A DNA stretch of 64,000 nucleotides from Candidatus Woesearchaeota archaeon (lineage in GTDB: Archaea; Nanobdellota; Nanobdellia; Woesearchaeales; UBA10216), in NCBI GenBank assembly GCA_016192945.1, contig JACPTE010000024.1, positions 16,001 to 80,000 on the forward strand, written 5' to 3'. This document shows, piece after piece, positions 55,907-64,000 of this stretch; within the stretch, counting starts at the first letter, position 1, and each line of letters opens with the position of its first letter. Made by a program: the position numbers and the translations under genes. The notes below the pieces were generated by a model. It was not told the DNA's origin. It saw only the letters and a list, made by a program, of their open reading frames with translations, and did not search any database.

Positions 55907-56530
55907 ATGAACATCACAAAGGCTGTTGAAAAGCATGTTTCAGGAAGGCCAAGCATCAAGGACTGCCTCAAGAGGAAGCTGATAAACTACTCTGCGCTCT
56001 CAAGGCAGATTGGCTCGGAGCTTGGAATAAGCAATTTCGATGCAATCCTTATAGCCTGCAGGAGATATGCTGAAAAGCTCAAGTCAGAGGAGGTTCTGGA
56101 AAAAAGAATCATAGACATCCTGAAGAAAAGCAGGATAGGTGTCAAGAACAGGATTGTTGCTGTTGTGATTGAAAAAACGATATATTATAACAGCCTTCTG
56201 GAATTGGAGAAGGAGATAAGGAAAAAAGATGAAACTCTCCATATCATGGAAGGGGCAAATGCGATTACTCTTGTAACAAGCTCGGACTACACTGATAATA
56301 TAAGGAAGCTGTTCAAGGGTCAGATAATAAAGATAAGCAAGGACCTCGCTGAAATAAATGTGAAGAGCCCAAGGGAACTGGAGAATACGCCTGGAGTCCT
56401 CTCACAGATGTGCTCCCTTTTTGCTGAGCGGGGGATAAACATTGTTGAAAGCATGAGCTGCTGGACTGACACGCTGTTCGTAATAAATGAAAGCGACATC
56501 GCAAAAGTGATGGATGCATTGAAGTTCTGA
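55907..56530 (+). CDS. Putative amino-acid-responsive transcription regulator: N-terminal HTH + C-terminal ACT domain
   Basis: HTH-like LSRQIGSELGISNFDAILIACRRY. C-terminal ACT-like SPRELENTPGVLSQMCSLFAERGINIVESMS. Divergent from argB. Confidence 0.65.
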   Translation: MNITKAVEKHVSGRPSIKDCLKRKLINYSALSRQIGSELGISNFDAILIACRRYAEKLKSEEVLEKRIIDILKKSRIGVKNRIVAVVIEKTIYYNSLLELEKEIRKKDETLHIMEGANAITLVTSSDYTDNIRKLFKGQIIKISKDLAEINVKSPRELENTPGVLSQMCSLFAERGINIVESMSCWTDTLFVINESDIAKVMDALKF

Positions 56531-56537
56531 TTGAGAG

Positions 56538-56999
56538 TCAGTATTTTATGACATAGTCTATTTCATCAAGGTTTATAACGATTCCTGTGCATCCTGAAAT
56601 GCAGCTTTTTTTCAGGCTTTCAGGAAGCTCATTATCCTTTGCCACTCTGAACTTGAATTTCCTGAAGAAATCAGGGCTTTTTGTAAAGCCAACTGCATGC
56701 CTTGCATCAAGGAGCTTTGCCTCGTACAGGGCAAGCTCAACGAGCCTTGTCCCTATTCCCTTTCCTCGGAATCCCTGGTTGACAGCAAGGCTGCGGAGCT
56801 CTGCATAATCAGAGTCAATTATGTCAACTGCTATAACGCCAACTATCCTGCCGCTGTCCTTCGCAACAAAGAAGCTCCTTATTTCATGCAGGATGTCATC
56901 AATGCTTCTGGAGAGTATGCGTGCATTGTCAATCAGCAGCTTGATTTCTGCAGCATCAGAAACGCGGGCCTTGCAATAGACTATGTTCGGGCTTGGCAT
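56538..56999 (-). CDS. GNAT-family N-acetyltransferase, paralog of 51052-51531
   Basis: YAELRSLAVNQGFRGKGIGTRLVELALYEAK nearly matches the GNAT2 motif A. Confidence 0.72.
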   Translation of the reverse strand: MPSPNIVYCKARVSDAAEIKLLIDNARILSRSIDDILHEIRSFFVAKDSGRIVGVIAVDIIDSDYAELRSLAVNQGFRGKGIGTRLVELALYEAKLLDARHAVGFTKSPDFFRKFKFRVAKDNELPESLKKSCISGCTGIVINLDEIDYVIKY

Positions 57000-57175
57000 G
57001 GATTAAGGAGAGTTCAATTTATTAATAAAATTAGTGGAATTCTGTTGTTTGAATAAAAAATCCCCATCAAAGCACACAAGTTGGCTTGCCAATCGAGCAA
57101 TCACAAAATTTATATATTCCCATCACGATATTTATAGAGTTTTTACAACTTTAAAATAGTATAGGAGGGATATCC

Positions 57176-57457
57176 ATGCTTAAGACAAAAAGGATGACAG
57201 AGTCATACGATATGAAGGTATTCACTGATTCGGGGGAGTATTTTGGCGATGTGGAAGAGGCCATTATGACCCCGACAAAAGTGGTTGGATGGCGCGTGAA
57301 GGCAACCAAGAACTCTTTTTTGACCAAGATTCTTGGAGGGGGGGCAAAGGGAGTTATTATTCCCCACCAGCACGTAAAGTCTGTGGGGGACGTTATGATA
57401 ATAAGCAAGCTGGCAGTCCCTGCATACAGCAAGGAAAGCGACGAAGATGAAAAGTAA
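57176..57457 (+). CDS. PRC-barrel domain protein
   Basis: 93 aa. SD-like aggaggg 7 nt upstream. Sequence pattern of small archaeal PRC-barrel proteins. Confidence 0.6.
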   Translation: MLKTKRMTESYDMKVFTDSGEYFGDVEEAIMTPTKVVGWRVKATKNSFLTKILGGGAKGVIIPHQHVKSVGDVMIISKLAVPAYSKESDEDEK

Positions 57458-57464
57458 AAAAAAT

Positions 57465-57488
57465 GGCCATAAATGGCCTGGTTTATTG
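57465..57488 (+). terminator. Hairpin GGCCAT-AA-ATGGCC followed by T-rich tract after the PRC-barrel gene
   Basis: Palindrome read directly 8 nt after the stop. Confidence 0.45.
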
Positions 57489-57609
57489 CGCAATTCAAAA
57501 GAAATCCTACACCCCCGGTCAAAGACCTGGTGATTGCTCGCTCCCTTCTGTCGCTCGGTCGGATTTCTAAGAATAAAAATATTCCCGATGAATGTACAGA
57601 GAAGATTTA

Positions 57610-57648
57610 CCACCAGTTAGAAACTGGTGGAATATTTTTATTTAATAG
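57610..57648 (+). terminator. 9-bp hairpin CCACCAGTT-aga-AACTGGTGG followed by aatatttttattt
   Basis: Read directly. No annotated gene ends here. Confidence 0.45.
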
Positions 57649-57740
57649 TTTAATCAGCTCAACTCTAACCTCTCTATATATCTGGCGGCAATTTCTTGTA
57701 CCAAAACACTTTTATTTCAGGAATCCTGCCCAAAATTCAT

Positions 57741-57827
57741 ACGGTAGTGGTCTAACGGCATGACAGGAGCTTCCCAAGGCTAAGCTGGAGTCAGCTTCTA
57801 GTCCGGGTTCAATTCCCGGCTACCGTA
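57741..57827 (+). tRNA. tRNA-Gly: tRNA-Gly (anticodon CCC) with a ~16-nt canonical intron between positions 37/38
   Basis: Hand-folded:
- acceptor ACGGTAG/CTACCGT with discriminator A
- U8, D-arm GTCT-AACGGCA-TGAC
- anticodon stem GGAGC/GCTTC, loop TTCCCAA (U33, CCC, A37)
- intron about 57777-57792
- T-arm CCGGG-TTCAATT-CCCGG (G53-C61, A58)
- C2-G71/G3-C70 Gly identity pairs
- TATA-like tttatttcag about 25 nt upstream
- CCA not encoded. Confidence 0.65.
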
Positions 57828-57829
57828 TT

Positions 57830-60271
57830 TCACTCCTGCTTCAGGATGCCCCTGAGTATTGACATGATTTCTGGGTGCTTCTCAGGATTCAGCATATCTA
57901 CATGAAGCAAGACAGGCTGCAGGCTCGCAGAGCAGTTTCCCCTGGCATAGTAATTATTGGCGCCATCAATGTATGCACTTCTTGCTGTTATGATGCCGTC
58001 ACCATCCTCCCCCTCTGTGTTGCATCCAGTCCCAATTATGTTGTAAACAGGAATGCCTTGAGGCTGGTTTTGCGGGTCGTTGAGCTTCCTGAGGAAGAAT
58101 GAGCCTGAAGACATGTCCTCGCACTCTTTTTCTTCACCCAGGAAAGAGCAGATTTTTGTTGATGTCTTGTTTATCCCGCTGTTTGGTGTGCCTATCATTA
58201 TGAGCTTTGAAACTGATTCGTCACCAAAAATCTGCATGTAGCTCCTTGCTACAAGCCCGCCCATGGAATGCGCAACTATTATCACCTTGTCCTTCCCGGT
58301 TCTCTGCTTAACTATGTCCACCAGTTCCTTGAGCCTTACAGCGTAAACAGTGATTTCATGGCTGCTCCTCTGGACAAGCAGGTATCCTCCCCTCTGGTCG
58401 CTTATTATGTCATAATAATAAGCCACGCTGACGCTTACCGGCTTTCCTGACAGCCCCCAGTCACCAGGCTTGATAGTATCGCTGGAGTTGGGGTATAATA
58501 TGCCTGCATTCAAGTATCCTTCTGACTGCAAGGCCCTCTGAAGGGGGCCAAATGCCTCTGCAGTGAATTCTGGAACACTGCCCCTGCCGATTGAATGGCC
58601 GTGGACTAAAATTATCGGGTAGGTTTTAGGGTCATTCCTGCACTCAGGGCCTGTGCAGCAGGACCTGCATTCCCCCAGAACGCAGCATTCTGGAAAAGGC
58701 TCCCCAAGGCTCTGGTTGATTTTTATGATGTCTGAATGGATTTCAGGCATTATTGCTTGAGAAATATTCGCCCTGGCCAGGGTTAATGAAATGTTCGGGT
58801 ATCTTATGCAGTGAAGCCTGTAAAACTCTGTGGTGTCATTGCTTTCTGTGAGATTGAGGGAAAACCTGAGTGTGGTGTTTTCTGTCAAAGCGCCGCCTGA
58901 TGATAGGTTGCTTTCAAGTTCTCTGAGCTGGAAAAGGAAGGATGACTGGTTCATCATGCTGGAAATATTCAGCTTGTCAAGCATATAGGAGTATGCCCTG
59001 GGGCCGTTGAGTGACCGATTAGATTCGCCGAGAAGCTGTTCTGCATAGTAATATGAGGCGTTTTCAAGTTCACCGCTTACCCCATTGAGCATGGTGCAGT
59101 AGCCTGACCTTATTGAATTTATTTCAGATATTCTTCCCTGTCCCTTGAAGGAGTAATTCACTGTCTTGCAATACCCTTTCAGCAAGCAGGCCTTTTTCAG
59201 TTCATTTTCAGCAATTCTGGTTGCCTTTTCTGATATGTTGCCCAAATGTCCTGCTGCTTTTTTCTCAGATAAATCCAGCCCAAAATTGGCAGCCTCCAGC
59301 ATCGCCTTTATCTCAGACACGTTTTCATAATCAAGCAGTAAAAGCCTGGTTACAGTGTCATTGAAATCTTTGCTTTCAGAAATGATTTCCTGCTGCAGGG
59401 CCGTGTCATTTGCTTCAGCAGCAATTGATATGCTCGGGCCAAGCTCTCCCTTATCAGAATATGTCCTGTTCAGCTCCAGCACTATGCTGTTGTAGGATGA
59501 AATGTCTTCATTCAGTGAGCTGTTAATTTTCTCAATGAGCTTGTAAGAAACCTCTGTCCTGTTTTGGAACCTGTTGTTCAGAAGGGCGTATTCCTGCTCA
59601 TTCCAGAGCGTCCTGAATGTTTCCGACTCAAGAATCACTGATTGAATCTCATCATTAAGCTGCGCCCTCATGGCAGACAGGTCCTTCAGGCTCATCTTGC
59701 TTTCAAGCTGGTTAATCTGGCTGTCCAATAAATCGGCTTCTCCATAGAAAGAGCTCAGTTCGCCAATATGCGCTGTAAGGTTGCTGTGGAGGGTTTCCTT
59801 CAGTTTAAGCTCTGCCTCTGTGTAGTCATAGTTGAATGTTATTAGCGAGGCATATGATTTCCATTCATATCCTGAAAGGCATCCAATGGACTGGATATTC
59901 CTGCAGGTTGCATCAAAATTATACAGGAACTGGCCTCTGCCCCTCCTTGTGAGCTTCAGGCTATAGTTCCTTTCAAACGACTCCCATGGCCTTATGCTAA
60001 AGCTTCCGCTATCAATCCCAATCCCGCTGCTTTGGTCGCTGAAACTGTATTCGCAGCTGACAGTGCAAAAGATTCCTGTATTTGGCCTGATGCTGAACCT
60101 TACAACCGAAACATTCCCATAATTCCCATGAAGTGAAGTGTTGCTTGTAGAGAGGTATACTGTAAGGTCGTTTTTTACATAATTTACCAGGAATATTGCA
60201 GCGATAACTATAATGAAGGCAATGGCCAGCAGGGAGATTATTATTACCCTCTTTGCCTTTGAATGCAGCAT
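57830..60271 (-). CDS. Membrane-anchored extracellular protein: N-terminal TM, long coiled-coil/N-glycosylation-rich region, Cys-rich linker, C-terminal PGAP1-like alpha/beta-hydrolase (lipase/esterase) domain
   Basis: N-terminal VIIISLLAIAFIIVIAAIFLV. GxSxG nucleophile elbow IIVAHSMGGLVARSY with upstream LVHGHS. CCVLGECRSCCTGPECR. Many N-x-S/T sequons. Confidence 0.8.
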   Translation of the reverse strand: MLHSKAKRVIIISLLAIAFIIVIAAIFLVNYVKNDLTVYLSTSNTSLHGNYGNVSVVRFSIRPNTGIFCTVSCEYSFSDQSSGIGIDSGSFSIRPWESFERNYSLKLTRRGRGQFLYNFDATCRNIQSIGCLSGYEWKSYASLITFNYDYTEAELKLKETLHSNLTAHIGELSSFYGEADLLDSQINQLESKMSLKDLSAMRAQLNDEIQSVILESETFRTLWNEQEYALLNNRFQNRTEVSYKLIEKINSSLNEDISSYNSIVLELNRTYSDKGELGPSISIAAEANDTALQQEIISESKDFNDTVTRLLLLDYENVSEIKAMLEAANFGLDLSEKKAAGHLGNISEKATRIAENELKKACLLKGYCKTVNYSFKGQGRISEINSIRSGYCTMLNGVSGELENASYYYAEQLLGESNRSLNGPRAYSYMLDKLNISSMMNQSSFLFQLRELESNLSSGGALTENTTLRFSLNLTESNDTTEFYRLHCIRYPNISLTLARANISQAIMPEIHSDIIKINQSLGEPFPECCVLGECRSCCTGPECRNDPKTYPIILVHGHSIGRGSVPEFTAEAFGPLQRALQSEGYLNAGILYPNSSDTIKPGDWGLSGKPVSVSVAYYYDIISDQRGGYLLVQRSSHEITVYAVRLKELVDIVKQRTGKDKVIIVAHSMGGLVARSYMQIFGDESVSKLIMIGTPNSGINKTSTKICSFLGEEKECEDMSSGSFFLRKLNDPQNQPQGIPVYNIIGTGCNTEGEDGDGIITARSAYIDGANNYYARGNCSASLQPVLLHVDMLNPEKHPEIMSILRGILKQE

Positions 60272-60362
60272 ATTGGCCGATTAGTCCTGTTTTTATTAAA
60301 AACTTGCGTTCCTTTCATAAACTTTTTAAACATTCCTGAACTTCTTAACGATTGTTAACAAA

Positions 60363-60725
60363 ATGGCAGTTTTACCCCAGGAAATACAGGTTTGGTATGT
60401 CCTTCCTGCGTTGAGGAGGGAGATGGCGCGGATGCTTATAGGGCATCATGGAATGCCGCAGAAAAAGGCAGCTGCCATTCTGGGGGTTTCTGAAGGGGCA
60501 GTTTCGCAGTACTTGAGCTCAAAAAGGGGGGCTAATGTCAAATTCAGCAGGCCGGTTATGCAGAACATCAAGGCTGCAGCAAACAGGATAGCTGAAGACA
60601 ACTCAACAGCAATACATGAGCTGATAAAGCTCTCTGAGATGGATTCTGTAAAGCGCATGATATGCGAACTGCACATTGAGCAGGACCCGGCAATCAAGCG
60701 GGAATGCAATATCTGCTTCAGGTGA
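60363..60725 (+). CDS. Small HTH transcriptional regulator (sigma-70 region-4-like HTH) with C-terminal Cys pair, first gene of suf operon
   Basis: [23 protein letters not shown]-terminal CELH...CNIC. Stop overlaps the sufB start region. Confidence 0.6.
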   Translation: MAVLPQEIQVWYVLPALRREMARMLIGHHGMPQKKAAAILGVSEGAVSQYLSSKRGANVKFSRPVMQNIKAAANRIAEDNSTAIHELIKLSEMDSVKRMICELHIEQDPAIKRECNICFR

Positions 60726-60729
60726 AATT

Positions 60730-62139
60730 ATGACAGAGCAAGCATTAAACCTGCTGAACTCAGACTATGGGCAGAAATATGGATTCAGGGACCCTGAACA
60801 ATATGTAAGAAAGTTTGACAGGGGGCTGACCAGGCAGGCGGTTCAGGAAATATCATCTCTCAAGAATGAGCCTGAGTGGATGAGGAACTTCAGGCTTAAG
60901 TCTCTTGAAATATTCTTCAGGAAGAAAATGCCTGCGTGGGGGGCTGACCTGAGCCACATTAATTTTGATGATATCGTGTATTATCTCAGCCCCACTGAAA
61001 GGAAAAGCGCGTCTTGGGATGATGTTCCTGCGAATATCAAGAGCACTTTTGAGAAGCTGGGGATTCCAGAGGCTGAAAGGAGGTTCCTTGGAGGTGTTGG
61101 TGCGCAATATGATTCGGAGACAGTTTACCACAAGCTGAGAAAGGACCTTGAGGAAAAAGGAATAATATTCACGGACACTGACACAGCACTCAAGGAGCAC
61201 GAGGGCATATTCAGGAAATACTTTGGCACTATAGTTCCCCCTCAGGACAACAAGTTTTCTGCATTGAACAGCGCTGTATGGAGCGGTGGGAGCTTTATTT
61301 ACATTCCCAAAGGTGTCAAGGTTGATGTCCCATTGCAGGCATATTTCAGGATTAATGCGAAGAACATGGGGCAATTTGAGAGGACTCTTATTATAGCTGA
61401 TGAGGGCTCTTCTGTCAACTATGTTGAAGGTTGCACTGCACCCATCTACTCCAGCGACTCCCTCCATGCTGCGGTTGTTGAGCTTATAGCCCTGAAGAAC
61501 GCCAGGATAAGGTATACCACAATCCAGAACTGGTCAGGCAATGTCTACAATCTTGTGACCAAGCGGGCATATGCGCACGAACATGCAGTTGTTGAGTGGA
61601 TTGACGGGAATTTGGGCTCAAAGGCAACGATGAAGTATCCGAGCGTCTACCTGATGGGAAGGAATGCTAAGGCAGACATACTTTCAGTGGCATTTGCAGG
61701 AAAGGGGCAGCACCAGGACGCTGGAGGGAAGGCGTACCATTTCGCTCCGGATACCACCTCAACAATAATCTCAAAGTCAATAAGCAGGGATGGGGGAAGG
61801 ACATCATACAGGGGCCTGCTTCATGTAGAGAAGGGGGCTGAGAATGTGAAGTCAAGCGTAAGGTGCGATGCGCTGATTCTTGATGAGGAATCAAGGTCCG
61901 ATACATATCCGGTGATGGAAATAGATGAGGAAAACGTCACTATAACCCACGAGGCAACTGTGGGGAAAATTGGGGAGGACCAGATATTCTACCTTATGTC
62001 GCGGGGGCTTACAGAGCAGCAGGCAGTGACTATGATAGTGCTTGGATTTGTAGAGCAGTTTACCAAGGAGCTGCCGATGGAATATGCGATTGAGCTTAAC
62101 AGGCTCATACAGCTTGAGATGACTGGCTCTGTAGGGTAG
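60730..62139 (+). CDS. sufB: Fe-S cluster assembly scaffold protein SufB
   Basis: Typical SufB N-terminus and length. The long ORF extension upstream overlaps the regulator and is not used. Confidence 0.92.
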   Translation: MTEQALNLLNSDYGQKYGFRDPEQYVRKFDRGLTRQAVQEISSLKNEPEWMRNFRLKSLEIFFRKKMPAWGADLSHINFDDIVYYLSPTERKSASWDDVPANIKSTFEKLGIPEAERRFLGGVGAQYDSETVYHKLRKDLEEKGIIFTDTDTALKEHEGIFRKYFGTIVPPQDNKFSALNSAVWSGGSFIYIPKGVKVDVPLQAYFRINAKNMGQFERTLIIADEGSSVNYVEGCTAPIYSSDSLHAAVVELIALKNARIRYTTIQNWSGNVYNLVTKRAYAHEHAVVEWIDGNLGSKATMKYPSVYLMGRNAKADILSVAFAGKGQHQDAGGKAYHFAPDTTSTIISKSISRDGGRTSYRGLLHVEKGAENVKSSVRCDALILDEESRSDTYPVMEIDEENVTITHEATVGKIGEDQIFYLMSRGLTEQQAVTMIVLGFVEQFTKELPMEYAIELNRLIQLEMTGSVG

Positions 62140-62154
62140 CCTTGGGGGGTTTTC

Positions 62155-63297
62155 ATGCATAAAGAGCTTTTCATCAAGAGTGAGGAATCAGAGCCTGATT
62201 GGCTGAAGAGGGAAAGGCAGGAGGCTTTTCAGATTTTCATCCAGCAGCAAATCGGGCAATCAGCATACGCTGACATTGGTATAGACTTCAACAGGGCGAT
62301 TTCCGAAGCAGGAAAAACAGGCATTATCTGCAGGGGCGGCGATAAAACAATGGTAAGGGACATAACTGCAGCAATCATGGAAAATCAGGAATTAATGGGA
62401 TTTCTCTCTCAAAAGCTGGTAAGTGATGATGGCTGGATGGCAGCCATGAACACTGCGTGTTTCAATTCAGGCTCATTCATAAGAGTCCCAAAAAACACCT
62501 CAATGAGGCTGTTTAGGAACTTAGTGTCTGGAAATTCTGGCTTCACAAGGACAATCATAGTGGTTGAGGAGGGGGCTGGATTGGAGCTGATTGATGAATT
62601 CACGTCAGGTGCGGATAATTATTTTCACAATGACATGACTGAGCTTCACATAAAAGACAACGCAAGGGTGAGCTACACTTCAATACAGAACCTTGGTGAT
62701 GGGGCTGCATTTATCAGCTGCAGGAAAGCGATTGTGGGAAGAAACTCAAAAATATCGTGGAGTATCATTGGCTCAGGCTCAAAATTTTCAAAAAGCAGGC
62801 GGGAAACAATCCTTGATGCAGAAGGGGCTGAGGTAACGGAAGCAGAGGTAATCCTTACGCGGGGCAGCCAGAGAATGGATTCTGATGCCAGCATACTGCA
62901 TAATGCCAGGAATACGCGGAGCTGGTCCTCAACCAGGGGTGTGCTTGATGGCAGTTCAAGGCAGACTGCTCACGGCATGGTCAGGATAGGGGAGCATGCC
63001 TCAGGCACCAATTCGTTCCTGGAAGAGCATTCAATCCTGCTCAGCAAAGATGCAAAGGCAGACTCTATGCCTGCACTGGAAATCCTCACAAATGATGTCA
63101 GGGCGAAGCACGCTGCTACATGCTCCCAGATTGATGATGAAAGGCTCTTTTACATCATGGCACGCGGATTGTCCAGGGAAGACTCAAAGAAGCTGATTGT
63201 TGAGGGGTTCATAAAGTCGGCCATATCAAGAATGCCAGAACAAGATGAGATTATAGGGATGACGTGCGAGAAATGGCTTCAGGAACTATGCAGCTAA
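62155..63297 (+). CDS. sufD: Fe-S cluster assembly protein SufD
   Basis: SufBD-fold paralog directly after sufB. Confidence 0.9.
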   Translation: MHKELFIKSEESEPDWLKRERQEAFQIFIQQQIGQSAYADIGIDFNRAISEAGKTGIICRGGDKTMVRDITAAIMENQELMGFLSQKLVSDDGWMAAMNTACFNSGSFIRVPKNTSMRLFRNLVSGNSGFTRTIIVVEEGAGLELIDEFTSGADNYFHNDMTELHIKDNARVSYTSIQNLGDGAAFISCRKAIVGRNSKISWSIIGSGSKFSKSRRETILDAEGAEVTEAEVILTRGSQRMDSDASILHNARNTRSWSSTRGVLDGSSRQTAHGMVRIGEHASGTNSFLEEHSILLSKDAKADSMPALEILTNDVRAKHAATCSQIDDERLFYIMARGLSREDSKKLIVEGFIKSAISRMPEQDEIIGMTCEKWLQELCS

Positions 63298-64000
63298 ATG
63301 CCAGCTCAATAAGGGAAGACTTCCCAATACTTGGAAGAAAAGTCAATGGGAAGCCGCTAATTTACCTAGACAATGCTGCAACATCCCAAAAGCCAAGGCA
63401 GGTGATTGATTCCATAAGGGATTATTACGGGAATTACAATGCGAATGTTCACCGGGGCATACACAGGCTGAGTGAGGAGGCATCTGAGGCATACGAATCC
63501 TCCCGCGAAAAAGCCGCCAGGTTCATCAATGCAGGATTTGAAGAGACAATATTCACTAAAAACGCCACTGAATCGCTAAACCTGGTAGCATATTCAATCG
63601 GGATGCAGCTTGGCAAAGGCGATGAGGTGGTTGTTTCGGAAATGGAGCACCATAGCAACTTTGTTCCTTGGCAGCAAATCTGCCTGAAGAAAGGGGCAAG
63701 GCTCAGGTTTGTGAAGATTGATAAAGAAGGCAGGCTTGACATGGATGACCTGGCTGGCTGCCTGAACAGGAAAACCAGGATTGTCTCCATTACGCATGTT
63801 TCAAATGTCCTGGGGACAATAAACCCTGTAAGGGAAATCGCGAAGCTGGCCCATGATTGTGGTGCGCTTTTCATAGTTGACGCAGCACAGAGCGCCCCTC
63901 ACATGCCTCTTGATGTCCGCTCAATAGGCTGTGACTTCCTTGCATTCTCATCGCACAAGATGCTCGGGCCAACAGGCATAGGTGTTCTTTACGGGAAAAA
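63288..64000 (+). CDS. sufS: Cysteine desulfurase SufS (class V aminotransferase), 5' part; continues beyond window
   Basis: DFPIL...IYLDNAATSQKP...HHSN...SSHKMLGPTGIGVLYGK (PLP-Lys). 10 nt overlap with sufD. Confidence 0.9.
   Translation, partial: MQLNASSIREDFPILGRKVNGKPLIYLDNAATSQKPRQVIDSIRDYYGNYNANVHRGIHRLSEEASEAYESSREKAARFINAGFEETIFTKNATESLNLVAYSIGMQLGKGDEVVVSEMEHHSNFVPWQQICLKKGARLRFVKIDKEGRLDMDDLAGCLNRKTRIVSITHVSNVLGTINPVREIAKLAHDCGALFIVDAAQSAPHMPLDVRSIGCDFLAFSSHKMLGPTGIGVLYGK

Noticed and set aside
57473-57763. 96-aa ORF between PRC-barrel gene and tRNA
   Set aside because: Starts inside one terminator hairpin, runs through a second hairpin and into the tRNA gene, so it is implausible as a protein.
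57741-57827. Initial reading of the tRNA as a class-II tRNA-Leu(CAA) with long variable arm
   Set aside because: It required a 9-nt anticodon loop. Folding with a 16-nt intron at 37/38 gives a canonical 7-nt loop with U33/A37, anticodon CCC, and Gly identity pairs C2-G71/G3-C70.
60676-60729. Upstream extension of sufB ORF ([18 protein letters not shown])
   Set aside because: Overlaps the 3' end of the regulator gene in another frame. The canonical SufB N-terminus begins at MTEQALNLL.
1-64000. CRISPR arrays, rRNA, transposases/integrases, phage genes
   Set aside because: No regularly spaced direct repeats, no rRNA-like conserved stretches, and no ORF with transposase/integrase motifs were seen. 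The window is a core biosynthetic region.

Overview
Archaeal chromosomal segment of about 64 kb, moderate GC. Archaeal hallmarks: an intron-containing tRNA, PurP (FAICAR synthetase) paralogs, and TATA boxes about 25 nt upstream of leaderless start codons.

Almost the whole window is three minus-strand biosynthetic superclusters with many 4-14 nt start/stop overlaps:
- Purine and folate cluster (about 4.2-29.1 kb): purA, split purH, purF, purD, purN, 5-formyl-THF cycloligase, glyA, folD, purM, purS-purL fusion, purQ, purE, HAD phosphatase, purC, purB, two purP paralogs around a DMT transporter, then a HEPN/MNT pair coupled to guaA.
- Pyrimidine cluster (29.5-43.7 kb): pyrF, LOG-like, pyrE, pyrC, pyrK, pyrD, UPF0175-like, carB, a Nudix-GDPD-Nudix fusion, a Nudix, a SAM methyltransferase, carA, pyrB. 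pyrI is absent.
- Arginine cluster (46.8-55.7 kb): argH, argG, GNAT, argF, GNAT, argJ, argC, argD, argB. A conserved ~50 bp element sits just upstream of the TATA boxes of three arg promoters. A divergently transcribed HTH+ACT-domain regulator lies next to argB.

Other content:
- a secreted, membrane-anchored Lon-like S16 protease with a long low-complexity tail
- a cluster of small coiled-coil and proline-rich proteins
- a ~1000 aa cysteine-rich-repeat surface protein
- a PRC-barrel protein
- tRNA-Gly(CCC) with a 16 nt intron
- an 813 aa membrane-anchored coiled-coil protein ending in a PGAP1-like lipase domain
- a regulator-sufB-sufD-sufS operon running off the right edge

No CRISPR array, rRNA or obvious mobile element was seen.
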